Below are positions 9,728-20,500 of a stretch of 64,000 bases of DNA, piece after piece (positions within the stretch are counted from its first letter, which is position 1; every line of letters begins with the position of its first letter). Under the pieces are notes generated by a model. That model saw nothing but the letters and a program-made list of their open reading frames with translations, had not been told where the DNA came from and did not search any database. A program made the position numbers and the translations under genes. Source of the DNA: Candidatus Limnocylindrales bacterium (lineage in GTDB: Bacteria > Moduliflexota > Moduliflexia > Moduliflexales > JAUQPW01); contig DATMBG010000022.1 in assembly GCA_035559535.1 (NCBI GenBank), forward strand, positions 1 through 64,000, read 5' to 3'.

Positions 9728-10489
9728 TTATTTAACCCCTCGCCGGCCAGCCAAAACTCCTTCTATAATTGTTGCCATTTGATGAGGATCTGCAAAGTTA
9801 AGGGGTATTGTTTCCGTTCGTAAGGGCTCAAGCTTTTTCTGGGTTTCAATGGCCAATAAGCGCTGCTTCTGTTCTAGACGTTTAGCTTCTATTTCCCTCT
9901 GAAACGTAGCGTGGGATGCTATCCGCAGGATATTCCTTTCTATCTCTACGGCTAAACCATGAAGCTTGAGGATAACATCCAGGGCCTGATCCCAAGGTAC
10001 ATTGATCAGCCTGACCGTCACGCGACCCCTGACTTCGGGATGTAAAACCAGATTAAGGTTGTTGATTTCCGCAATAGCACGGAAAACATCCCGTATGTCC
10101 GCATCTTTGAAATCAAGGGTAATAGGTTGGCCACGATATTTAGCTTCTTCGCCGGTTTGAGGAATTCGAATAGAAGGAACCGGTGCAGATTGAATCATTT
10201 CTATATCTGTCTTCTCAGAGGGCTTATCTCCTGAGGTAAGAACTTTGGCTGGGAGAGTTAACCCCAGAGGTTCACCTTGAGCAGGGTTACTTTCAGAAGG
10301 TCTGGTTTTTAGAGTGGGAAGTTCATTTTCAACTGGACTTCTGATTTTAACGGACTTAGCAGCCTTTTGTTGAGCAACAACCTCAAAACTTTTAATAGCT
10401 CCCTTAGATCTGGCACAACCGTTGAGAACAACCAGAACAACGAGGCCGGTAAGAATAAATGAAACATATCTGGCAGGATAATCACTCAT
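9728..10489 (-). CDS. Lipoprotein with PilQ-like secretin N0 (STN) domain, lacking the secretin pore domain
   Basis: Lipobox VLNGC; YRGQPITLDFKDADIRDVFRAIAE...VTVRLINVPWDQALDVIL is the PilQ N0 signature; the ORF ends early in N1. Confidence 0.75.
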   Translation of the reverse strand: MSDYPARYVSFILTGLVVLVVLNGCARSKGAIKSFEVVAQQKAAKSVKIRSPVENELPTLKTRPSESNPAQGEPLGLTLPAKVLTSGDKPSEKTDIEMIQSAPVPSIRIPQTGEEAKYRGQPITLDFKDADIRDVFRAIAEINNLNLVLHPEVRGRVTVRLINVPWDQALDVILKLHGLAVEIERNILRIASHATFQREIEAKRLEQKQRLLAIETQKKLEPLRTETIPLNFADPHQMATIIEGVLAGRRGVK

Positions 10490-10798
10490 TCATTGTGGAG
10501 TAAACCCGCCGATAAGCATCGGGGGATAATCCTGGAATCTCGCCTTACAAGATTCGCTCCCCAAGAAAAAATCTCCCCTTAGCTTATCCAACTTACTATT
10601 TTTATTGAATTTCAACCCCTTATAAATTTTCCTTTATCTACCTTCTGAATAACTTATAAAGTTTCTACTGTCAAGTACAGTTACGATAGACTTGCATAAG
10701 TCCGGATAGGGAATATATTTATCCTATTATTCCATAAAGTTTTCCAAAAATGCAGCTTTATAAAGCTTAATCGGCTTAATAGATTTTGTTCAATAGAA

Positions 10799-12577
10799 AT
10801 GTTCGCGGCTGAATTTCTTGCGACCACCCTGGCCCTTATTGGTATTATTATTCTGGTGGCGGCCTTGTTGTCCGGGCTGACTGAGCGGAGCGGTCTACCC
10901 CAGGTAGTAATCTTTCTGATCTTAGGGGCCTCTATTGGGCCGGCGGGTTTAGACTTATTGAACCTTACCTTGAATTCACCGGAATTACGCGTGATTGCAA
11001 CGCTTAGCCTGGTACTGGTCTTGTTTACCGATGCCATTACCCTGGATATCCATGAAATAAAAACCCATCGGGCCCTGGCGTTCCTGGTTTTGGGACCCGG
11101 AACGTTGTTATCGGCGGCTCTGATTGCCTTCGCCGGCTGGGAATTGCTTGGCTTAACACCTGCCGCAGCCACCATTCTTGGCGCTGCGCTGGCTTCTACG
11201 GATCCTGTATTACTTCGGGGGTTTTTGCATCGCCGGGATCTTCCCAATGCAGTTCGCCTGGCGTTAAAGCTGGAGAGTGGTTTAAACGACGTTGTGCTCT
11301 TACCGATTGTGCTTGTGGCGATGGTCTTTATTAACCCAGAAGCCACCCTTCATGCCATCTATTGGGCCCGTCTGGGTCTCGATCTTTTCGTATTAGGACC
11401 GGGTGCCGGTGTTGCTGTAGGATTATTGGCCGTGGCGGCACTTGATTTAATAAGGCGACGGATCGGAGTACGACGCGATTATGAGTCCCTCTACTCATTG
11501 GGGGTAGCATTTACTGCTTATGCCGCTGCGGAAGCAGTTCATGGAAGTGGTTTCCTGGCCGCATTTGCTGCCGGAATGACCATTATTGTATTAGACGTCG
11601 AGCTTTGTGATTGCTTCCTGGAATACGGCGAAACCACGGCTGAAATGGCCTTACTTTTCACCTTTGTATTGTTCGGTAGTTCGCTGATCTGGACCGGTTT
11701 TACCGTACTTAATGGAACCATGCTACTCTTTGTGATGATTGCCCTGTTGGGAAGACCGGCGATCTTCCTGATTTTACTGGCCCGTACAGGTTTGGATGGG
11801 TGGGGACGGTTTCTAACTTCCTGGTTTGGGCCGCGTGGACTTAGTTCTTTATTGATCGTTTTACTGCCTGTCTTTGCCGGACTACCGGAAAGCGAAAGAC
11901 TTTTCAGGATCTGCTGCCTGGTAGTCCTGGCGTCGATCTTACTCCATACAGTTTCCTTCATGATGCTAAACCAGGGTTCCCATCGGGCAAAACCCAAACC
12001 AACTGTTGCCGTTAAAACCGGTCAGCCCGAGCCATTGCCTGGTCCATCTCCTGTTATAAAGGAACCCATTTCCTCTGTTACCTCTGAAAACAGGTCTATT
12101 CTGAATCCTCTTCCCTCCAACGATGCAACCCTATTTACCGATTCCGTAACACCGATAATTTCCGTTGATTCCAATAATTATCCCCGTGCTGATACAAGCG
12201 GATCAACCCCTTCGGACCGCATCTCTCTTGAAGACCTCCGTCAACTCTGGCGACTCGGTGCGCCGGTGATCCTCCTCGATGTCCGAACTGAACGGACTTA
12301 TAGAGATAGTCCTTACCAGGCCCAAGGTGCTATACGAATGCCTCCGGACCATGCTGTGGAACGAGCAATTGAACTTGGCTTACCACGCCATGCCTGGTTG
12401 GTCGCCTACTGTGCTTGACGTGGCGAAGCGACCAGTGCCCGGGTGGCACGGGAACTTCGACAGGCAGGCTGGCCTTATGCTCGTAGTCTGATCGGTGGAT
12501 GGGAGGCCTGGCAGGTGGCCGGTTTACCTGTGGAACCCAAAGCGGATTCAAATCGAGAAGAAAGTAAGGTAGAGTAA
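10799..12577 (+). CDS. CPA1 (NhaP-type) cation:proton antiporter fused to a C-terminal rhodanese domain; probable selenoprotein (Sec at TGA 12416-12418)
   Basis: CPA1 motifs LASTDPV and LESGLND. The rhodanese domain starts RISLEDL...ILLDVR. After YCA-TGA the frame continues RGEATSARVARELRQAGWPYARSLIGGWEAWQVAGLPVEPK...KVE to TAA at 12575-12577 (592 aa in total). Confidence 0.8.
12435..12449 (+). promoter_or_regulatory. Putative bacterial SECIS hairpin
   Basis: GTGCC-CGGGT-GGCAC perfect 5-bp stem; the loop begins 21 nt after the UGA and has G in its second position. Confidence 0.55.
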
Positions 12578-12723
12578 ATGGGGATGACAAAAAGCGTAAA
12601 TGGGTATTTATTATAAAGGAAATAACCCTGCACCCATTAAAATAGAAAATAAACGGCAAAGGCCTTAATACGTGGGGTGATAGGACAAAAACTAAAACTG
12701 TGATCAAAAGGTAGGAGGAAATT

Positions 12724-13149
12724 ATGAAACGTAAAGCATCGGCCATCTGGAAAGGCAGCCTTAAGGAGGGTAAAGGAACTATCTCAACCGATAGTAGAGT
12801 CTTATCCGATACCCCTTATTCTTTCAGTACCCGTTTTGAAAATGGTATCGGGACAAATCCTGAAGAACTCATTGCGGCAGCCCATGCAGGCTGTTTTTCC
12901 ATGGCTCTCTCGGCTCAACTGGGAGAAGCAGGGATGGTCGCACAAAGCATCCATACCACTGCTACGGTTACGCTGGAAAAACTTGAAACCGGGTTTACTA
13001 TCACGGCGGTTCATCTCGATGTAACGGCTCAGATTCCAGGTGCTGATCGGGCTGCCTTTGAAAAAGCAGCCCATAAAGCTAAAGAGGGATGTCCGGTCTC
13101 CCGGGTTTTGAATGCAAAAATTACCATGGACGCAAAGCTAGAGACTTAA
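12724..13149 (+). CDS. osmC: OsmC family peroxiredoxin
   Basis: [29 protein letters not shown] and AKEGCPVSR motifs with both catalytic Cys. Confidence 0.92.
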   Translation: MKRKASAIWKGSLKEGKGTISTDSRVLSDTPYSFSTRFENGIGTNPEELIAAAHAGCFSMALSAQLGEAGMVAQSIHTTATVTLEKLETGFTITAVHLDVTAQIPGADRAAFEKAAHKAKEGCPVSRVLNAKITMDAKLET

Positions 13150-13274
13150 AAATCTGGGGTTTTATCTCATTTCTGATCGGATAAAACTTATCAGGATAAA
13201 GGAAGTATGGAGAGATAAAAATCCTGGGATGAATTTTATCTCAATCTTATCCCTGACAAGGAGGAAGAGAAGAT

Positions 13275-13742
13275 ATGATCACATTTATTGTAAATGGAAA
13301 AGAACAAACCGTAGAGGTTATTCCTGGTACCCCTTTATTGTGGGTGCTGCGAGATAATCTCGGCTTAACCGGCACCAAATTTGGCTGTGGCATGGCCCAA
13401 TGTGGAGCCTGTACGGTACACCTGGATGGAAATGCCATCCGTTCCTGTGTGACGCCTATAGAAGCCGTCTCTGGGAAAAAAGTTACCACCATTGAAGGAC
13501 TGTCCCCGGATACCAGTCATCCTTTACAAAAAGCCTGGATTGCTCAAGACGTACCCCAATGTGGCTACTGCCAATCCGGCCAGATCATGGCGGCAGCCGC
13601 CCTGCTGGCCCAAAATCCGAATCCTACCGATGCCGATATCGATGAGGCCATGTCCGGGAACATCTGTCGCTGTGGCACTTATCAACGAATTCGAAGTGCC
13701 ATTCATCAAGCGGCCAAGATGATGAAGGAAGGAGGTCAATAA
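13275..13742 (+). CDS. iorA: Isoquinoline 1-oxidoreductase alpha-type (2Fe-2S) subunit
   Basis: [25 protein letters not shown] and NICRCGTY iron-sulfur motifs. Confidence 0.88.
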   Translation: MITFIVNGKEQTVEVIPGTPLLWVLRDNLGLTGTKFGCGMAQCGACTVHLDGNAIRSCVTPIEAVSGKKVTTIEGLSPDTSHPLQKAWIAQDVPQCGYCQSGQIMAAAALLAQNPNPTDADIDEAMSGNICRCGTYQRIRSAIHQAAKMMKEGGQ

Positions 13743-13745
13743 ACC

Positions 13746-15914
13746 ATGAATCAGCCTACAGGAATCACACGGAGAGATTTTTTCAAAGTCGGTTTAGTTG
13801 CAGGAGGCGGATGGGTTTTAGGATTTTATCTTCCCAGAGGAGAAGGAGGTTGGGGTAAAGCAGCAACGGAATCTGCAACGATTTTTGCCCCCAATGCCTG
13901 GATTCGCATAACTCCCGCTGGGACCGTGACAGTGATGCTTCATAAATCAGAGATGGGACAGGGGATTATGACTTCGCTGCCCATGTTGGTGGCCGAAGAG
14001 TTAGAGGCGGATTGGAAGATGATTCGACCTGAATTTGCTCCGGCTGATGAAGCTTACTTTACCTGGATCACCCCCACCTTTGGAGCTCAATTCACGGGAG
14101 GAAGTCGTAGTATTCGGGGATCCTGGGAAACCTTACTCAAAGCAGGAGCCGTAGCCCGGGAGATGTTGATAGCCGCAGCCGCTGAGACCTGGGGAGTAGA
14201 AGCCAAGACGTGTCAGGCTGAGGATGGCGAAGTGATCCATCCAGCCAGTGGGAAGCGGGCCTCTTACGGTTCCCTGGTCAGTAAAGCCACTACAGTACCT
14301 GCTCCTAAAGAAGTTACTCTGAAAGATCCTAAAAACTACAAGTTCATCGGCAAACGGATGGCCCGCGTGGATACTTTTTCCAAAGTCAACGGCAGTGCCG
14401 GGTTTGGCATTGACGTGAAAGTGCCCGGGATGTTGGTAGCCACGGTGTTAAGATGTCCGGTGTTTGGAGGGAAATTAGCCCGTTATGATGACTCTAAGAC
14501 GAAGACCATTCCCAGTGTCAAGCAGGTGGTTCCTATATCCAGCGGAATCGCGGTGGTAGCTGAAGGATACTGGCCTGCCAAGCTGGGATTGGAAGCCTTA
14601 GAGGTGCAATGGGATGAAGGAGAACATGCTCAACTCAACAGTGAGAAGATTCGGGAAGAGTTTAAGAAGGCCTCGGAGCAAGCCGGAGCAGTAGCCAGAA
14701 GAGAAGGAGATGCCTTGCATATGCTGGCCGTGGTAGGGAAGACGGTGGAAGCCGTATATGAAGTTCCCTTTTTGGCCCATGCAACCATGGAACCTATGAA
14801 TTGCACGGCGCATGTGCGGGAGGAGGGATGTGATATTTGGGCTCCAACCCAGGCCCAGACGGGAACCCAACAAACAGCGGCAAAGATCACAGGACTACCG
14901 GCTGAGTCGATCCGGGTCCATACCACCCTGTTAGGCGGAGGCTTTGGAAGACGATTTGAAATTGACTTTGTAGCAGATGCCGTGGAGATATCCAAGGCCG
15001 TAAAAGCCCCGGTAAAGGTAATCTGGTCGCGGGAAGAGGATATGCGCCATGGTTTTTATCGTCCGGCAACCTATAATGTTTTGAAAGCCGGAATCGATGG
15101 AAAAGGGAACCTGGTGGCCTGGACCCATCGAATCGTGGGACCTTCGATTCTGTCTCGGGTATTCCCAGATAGAATCAAAGATGGCATTGATAGCAGTTCT
15201 GTAGAGGGGGCAGCGAATATTCCCTATTCCATTCCCCATATGTATGTAGATTATGTGATGAAGAATACGGGAGTTCCGGTGGGTTTTTGGCGCTCGGTGG
15301 GAAGCTCCCAGAATGCCTTTATTACAGAAAGTTTTATCGATGAAATAGCAGCAGCAGTCGGGAGAGATCCCTATGAATTTCGTCTGGAATTGCTGACCAA
15401 GGCTCCCCGTCATAAAAGGGTCTTAGAGTTAGCAGCCAGCAAAGCGGGATGGGGACAACCGTTACCAGAAGGAAGATATCGGGGGATTGCCGTAGCGGAG
15501 TCTTTTGGGAGTTATGTAGCGGAAGTTGCAGAAGTATCCGTAGATAAAGAAGGTCAGGTGCGGGTCCATCGGGTGGTATGTGCTGTGGATTGTGGGAAGT
15601 ATGTAAACCCGGATACCATTGAGGCCCAGATGCAAGGAGGAATTGTGTACGGATTAACGGCGGCGTTGAAGGGAGAAATTACCATTGAGAATGGGCGGGT
15701 GAAGCAAAGCAACTTCCATGACTACGAGATGTTACGGATGGAGGAAATGCCAGTGATAGAAGTCTACCTTGTGGAAAGTCAGGAAGCCCCCGGAGGAATA
15801 GGAGAGCCCGGAGTACCTCCCATTGCTCCTGCAGTAACCAATGCAATCTTTGCAGCAACCGGAAAGCGAATCCGTAAACTACCCATTCGCGCAGAAGATC
15901 TGAAGAAAGCTTAA
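13746..15914 (+). CDS. iorB: Isoquinoline 1-oxidoreductase beta-type molybdopterin subunit (xanthine oxidase family), Tat-exported
   Basis: TRRDFFK Tat motif; [30 protein letters not shown] and GGIGEPG motifs. Confidence 0.88.
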   Translation: MNQPTGITRRDFFKVGLVAGGGWVLGFYLPRGEGGWGKAATESATIFAPNAWIRITPAGTVTVMLHKSEMGQGIMTSLPMLVAEELEADWKMIRPEFAPADEAYFTWITPTFGAQFTGGSRSIRGSWETLLKAGAVAREMLIAAAAETWGVEAKTCQAEDGEVIHPASGKRASYGSLVSKATTVPAPKEVTLKDPKNYKFIGKRMARVDTFSKVNGSAGFGIDVKVPGMLVATVLRCPVFGGKLARYDDSKTKTIPSVKQVVPISSGIAVVAEGYWPAKLGLEALEVQWDEGEHAQLNSEKIREEFKKASEQAGAVARREGDALHMLAVVGKTVEAVYEVPFLAHATMEPMNCTAHVREEGCDIWAPTQAQTGTQQTAAKITGLPAESIRVHTTLLGGGFGRRFEIDFVADAVEISKAVKAPVKVIWSREEDMRHGFYRPATYNVLKAGIDGKGNLVAWTHRIVGPSILSRVFPDRIKDGIDSSSVEGAANIPYSIPHMYVDYVMKNTGVPVGFWRSVGSSQNAFITESFIDEIAAAVGRDPYEFRLELLTKAPRHKRVLELAASKAGWGQPLPEGRYRGIAVAESFGSYVAEVAEVSVDKEGQVRVHRVVCAVDCGKYVNPDTIEAQMQGGIVYGLTAALKGEITIENGRVKQSNFHDYEMLRMEEMPVIEVYLVESQEAPGGIGEPGVPPIAPAVTNAIFAATGKRIRKLPIRAEDLKKA

Positions 15915-16000
15915 CTATAAATTCGGGGAATAGGGGCAAGAACGGGAAACTCTTTCTTACAAAAACTACCTCGAAAACCCTCAAGAGGTAACCTGACAGA

Positions 16001-16033
16001 AACCTCAGTCACCTGGATTGGGTGGCTGAGGTT
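16001..16033. terminator. Stem-loop between convergent iorB and ArsR genes (possible bidirectional terminator)
   Basis: AACCTCAGTCACC...GGTGGCTGAGGTT inverted repeat; no strong U-tract. Confidence 0.5.
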
Positions 16034-16082
16034 CCTAATCCTTTAGCTGAATCGATCCCTTCCCTTTTCACCCAACCCGGCT

Positions 16083-16376
16083 CTAGTAAAGCAAACTTTT
16101 AGCACAATCCGAGAGTAACTCGCGATTAAGCGAAGTATAAGTCGTCTGACCTTCTTTCCGTTTTTTAATTAACCCGGCTTCCGCTAAGATTTTGGAGTGA
16201 TGACAAAGTAAGGAATGACTGATATGGGCCTTCTCGGCAATCTCCGATCCGGTCATTTCACTGTGGTTGGCCAGTATTTCTATGATTTGTAATCGTGTTG
16301 GATCCGAGAGGGCAGCAAGAATTTTTGCACGCTGCTCCCTTTCAGCTTTTTTGTCTACCTCATGTCTACTTATCAT
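16083..16376 (-). CDS. ArsR/SmtB family transcriptional regulator
   Basis: ALSDPTRLQII, HTH region, HHSKILAEAGLI and KRKEGQ wing. Confidence 0.88.
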   Translation of the reverse strand: MISRHEVDKKAEREQRAKILAALSDPTRLQIIEILANHSEMTGSEIAEKAHISHSLLCHHSKILAEAGLIKKRKEGQTTYTSLNRELLSDCAKSLLY

Positions 16377-16442
16377 GATCTAATTTTATTCCTCCAGCTT
16401 AGGGTTATACCACCAATTTCTCCTTTACCCAATTTCTATTTT

Positions 16443-16471
16443 ATAATAGAAAACAACGGAAAGATTGTCAA
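16443..16471 (-). promoter_or_regulatory. Sigma70-type promoter of the ArsR gene
   Basis: Minus strand TTGACA-N17-TATTAT, 67 bp upstream of the start. Confidence 0.65.
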
Positions 16472-16893
16472 ATGTTTAAATAATTAAATAATTAATTAAC
16501 CACTTAATAAAAACTTCCTCCCATCGGTTTTTAAGGGTTTGAACAAATTTACAGGAAAAGCAAAGTTTAAAGTCACTTGACTTTCAAGTTAGTGAATGAT
16601 TCCAGGGACCACCTGGATTTTCTATTGCCTTCAATTGCTATACTGGTACATAGGGGTAAGCTGAAAATAGAAAAAATTCCATCCCCAAACAATCTTTAGC
16701 TATTTACCCTACCTTGACGCAATGAAAGTTTGAAGCTTAACTTATAAAACAACCGGCAAAAAATATTTAAACCAGGATCATCTTATCCTGATTCAAAGCC
16801 TGAATTGGGAGAAGGATTGAGTCACATCTTACACCCTGGTCAGGGTGGTTTAGGAAAGAAAGCAAGAAGTATAAAAAAATAAAGGAGGAATCT

Positions 16894-17253
16894 ATGTCAC
16901 AGGCAGAATTAAAAAAGGCTCTCCATTCAACCCATGAGTTGGAGATAACGGTAACCGGGAGAAAATCGGGCCGGGCAATTTCTTTGCCGGTATGGTTCGT
17001 TCAGGAGAACAACAAATTATATCTTTTACCGGTCAAAGGATCTGATACAAACTGGTATAAGAATGTACTAAAAAAACCGGCTATGCAGATTTCTGCCGGA
17101 GGAATTAAAATTTCTGTGGAAGCCAAGCCCGTTACTGATGTAGCCAGGGTTAAGGAAATTGCAGATAAATTTAGAGCCAAATACGGTGCCGGAGAGGTTA
17201 AAAAGTACTACTCAAAGTTTGATGTGGGAGTTGAAATCGATCTTACCGCGTAG
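16894..17253 (+). CDS. Deazaflavin-dependent nitroreductase-like (DDN/DUF385/DUF2255) split-barrel protein
   Basis: ITVTGRKSGRAISLPVWFV and TNWYKNVLKKP motifs; GGAGG RBS. Confidence 0.75.
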   Translation: MSQAELKKALHSTHELEITVTGRKSGRAISLPVWFVQENNKLYLLPVKGSDTNWYKNVLKKPAMQISAGGIKISVEAKPVTDVARVKEIADKFRAKYGAGEVKKYYSKFDVGVEIDLTA

Positions 17254-17504
17254 CAGGAAAAGTTTATACCCCTATCAAAGATTTAAATAGTTAAATAGGT
17301 ACTTGACTATTAAAGAAAACATCCTATATTACACTCATGATAAAATTATCACCTTATCTCCGATTAAGGTAGGCAACAACCCATTGAAAGGATCATCAGA
17401 GCGTAAGTGCTGGAGAAACCTTTATTCCTTCCATAACTTAATCCTATTAAACTCTGCAGTATGGCTTGCACTTTGCGTATCTGGGGTTAGAGAAAAATAA
17501 CTTT

Positions 17505-20500
17505 ATGTGGATTGTTCGACTTGCGCTACGTCGTCCTTATACCTTCATTGTCATGGCTCTGCTTATTATACTGCTGGGTATTGTAACTATAACCCGCATG
17601 CCCACGGACATTTTGCCTGAGATTAACATTCCTATTGTGAGTGTCATATGGAGCTATGGAGGCATGGCACCGGAGGAAATGGAAAAACGCGTTGTGACCT
17701 TTAGTGAGCGCTCCTTTACGACTACGGTTAATGATATCGAACATATTGAATCCCAGTCCATGAACGGCGTGAGCGTTATCAAGGTATTCTTTCATCCCAG
17801 GGCCAAAATTGAGGCAGCAGTTGCTCAAATGGCCTCCATTTCACAAACTGTTCTGCGTGTGATGCCTCCTGGTATGCAACCCCCTTTGATTATCCGGTAT
17901 AGTGCTTCCAATGTACCTATTCTGCAAATTGGGGTTGGGAGCAAAACGTTGTCAGAGCAGCAACTTTATGATTACGGATTTAACTTTATTCGTACCCAGT
18001 TGGCGACCGTTCAAGGGGCTTCGGTTCCTCTCCCTTATGGGGGTAAGCCCCGGCAGATCATGGTGGATATAGACCCCCAGGCCCTTATGTCTAAGGGTCT
18101 TTCTGCTATGGATGTCGTAGCTGCCATCAATGCCCAAAATCTGATTATGCCTGCCGGGAATGCAAAAATGGGGGAACGCGAGTATAGCATTCGGCTTAAC
18201 AGCAGTCCAGAGGTGGTTGATGCCCTCAATAATTTGCCGATCAAGCAAGTCAACGGAGCTACCATTTATATTCGCGATGTAGCCCAGGTGCGGGATGGTT
18301 TTGCCGTGCAAACCAATATCGTAAATCAGAACGGGCGACGTTCTACCCTGCTTACCATTTTAAAAAGTGGAGGAGCTTCAACTCTGGATATTGTAAATCG
18401 GGTCAAGCAAAGACTCCCCAGCATTCAGGCAACCCTGCCTCCTGAACTGGAGTTAAAGTATCTCTTCGATCAATCCATTTTTGTACGGGCTGCTATCGAT
18501 GCAGTTGTCAAAGAAGCGGTTATTGCTGCTTGCTTGACGGCTTTGATGATTCTTTTATTTCTTGGTAGTTGGCGAAGTACCCTTATTGTAGCCATTTCAA
18601 TTCCCCTCTCGATTTTATGTTCTATTCTTGTACTGAGTTTTCTCGGTCAGACCCTCAATATCATGACCTTAGGTGGACTTGCCCTGGCCGTCGGGATTTT
18701 AGTGGATGACGCAACGGTTGAGATTGAAAACATCCACCGCAATCTAGGGCAACGTAAGTCTCTTATCCAGGCCATCCTGGATGGGGCTCAACAGATTGCA
18801 ACTCCGGCGTTTGTTTCGACGTTATCCATTTGTATTGTCTTTGTACCGGTATTTTTCCTGACAGGTGCCGTTCAATCGCTATTTACTCCTCTGGCCATGG
18901 CCGTGGTTTTTGCCATGCTGGCCTCTTACTTACTTTCACGAACTCTGGTACCCACCCTGGTGAAGTATCTGCTTCCTGGGGAGCTGCGTCATCATCAGAT
19001 CGAGAGTGGCAATGGACACCCGACTACTTCCCGTAATCCTATTTGGAGACTCCACTATGCCTTTAACCATCAATTTGAGAAGTTTCGCAACGGATATCGG
19101 AACAGCCTCGCCTGGACCCTGAATCATCGGCTGGTGGTTTTTATTTTGTTTACTACTTTTTTTGTAGGCTCTATGGCTTTGTTCCCATTCATCGGGCAAG
19201 ACTTCTTCCCAAAAGTCGATGCAGGTCAGTTCCGTTTGCATGTAAGAGCCCCTACCGGAACACGAATCGAGGAAACCGAACGTATTTTCCACCAGGTTGA
19301 GAATACTATTCGGAATGTCATTCCGGCCGATGAGCTGGAACTCATTCTCGATAATATTGGTTTGCCGGTGGGTGGGGTTAATCTGGCCTTTAGTGATACG
19401 GCCACCGTGGGTCCCAGTGATGGGGAAATTTTAGTTGCACTCAAAAGCGATCGACATGGCCCAACCCATGAATATATCAAACAGTTACGTCAGAGACTTA
19501 GAAAGGAGTTTCCCCATTTGACCTTCTTTTTCCAACCTTCTGATATTGTTACCCAGATTCTGAATTTTGGTTTACCGGCGCCCATTGATATTCAAGTGGT
19601 CGGTCGTAGCCCTAAAAACTATGAAATCGCCAAACAGATTGAAGCCCGGGTAGCCAATATTCCAGGTGTAGTGGATGTACATCTCCATCAAATCGTGGAT
19701 GCTCCGGAGTTACGGATCAATGTAGATCGAACTCGAGCAGCTCAGGTAGGGCTCACCCAGCGGGACGTGGCAAATAATTTACTCATCTCCTTAAGCTCGA
19801 GTAGCCTGATATCTCCAAACTTTTGGTTAAGTCCTCAAAGTGGAGTCACGTATACCGTTGCCGTGCAGATCCCCCCGTATAAAATGGACTCCATGGACGC
19901 CCTTCAGGGCACCCCTATCGCTACAACCGGTCAGAACTCTCCTCAACTTCTAAGTAATCTGGCTACCGTGGAGCGACGCAGATCGGTTGCCGTGATAAAT
20001 CATTACAATGTACAGCCGGTTTTTGATATTTATGCCAATGTTCAGGATCGAGATTTGGGGAGTGTTGCCCGTGAGGTCGATCGGATTATCGAAGAATTTA
20101 AACCCAAGCTTCCAACTGGTAGTTTCCTCGTGGTACGTGGCCAGGTGGAGAGTATGAGATCTGCATTTTTAGGTCTGGGGGGTGGGGTATTATTTGCCAT
20201 TATACTGGTTTACTGCTTAATGGTCATAAACTTTCAATCCTGGCTCGATCCCTTCATTATTATCATGGCGTTACCTGGTGCCCTTTCGGGTATCCTGTGG
20301 ATGCTGTTTGTTACCCAAACCACCTTTAATGTCCCCTCTTTAATGGGGGCCATGATGAGCATGGGGGTCGCAACGGCCAATAGTATTTTGCTGGTAACTT
20401 TTGCCAATGAGCAACGGCAGGCCGGGAAAGATGCCCTTCAAGCCGCCTTAGTTGCCGGATATACACGGCTTCGTCCGGTTTTGATGACGGCCCTGGCCAT

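Noticed and set aside
10681-11997. Long antisense ORFs (221 aa, 152 aa) over the antiporter, and similar shadow ORFs over gltB, the OppF-type gene, iorB and the RND gene
   Set aside because: Antisense shadows of well-supported genes with no domain signatures.
12279-12746. ORFs 12279-12491(+) and 12330-12746(-) as alternative explanations for the region after the antiporter TGA
   Set aside because: Neither frame encodes rhodanese motifs; the conserved continuation is in the antiporter's own frame, so neither a frameshift nor a separate gene is needed.
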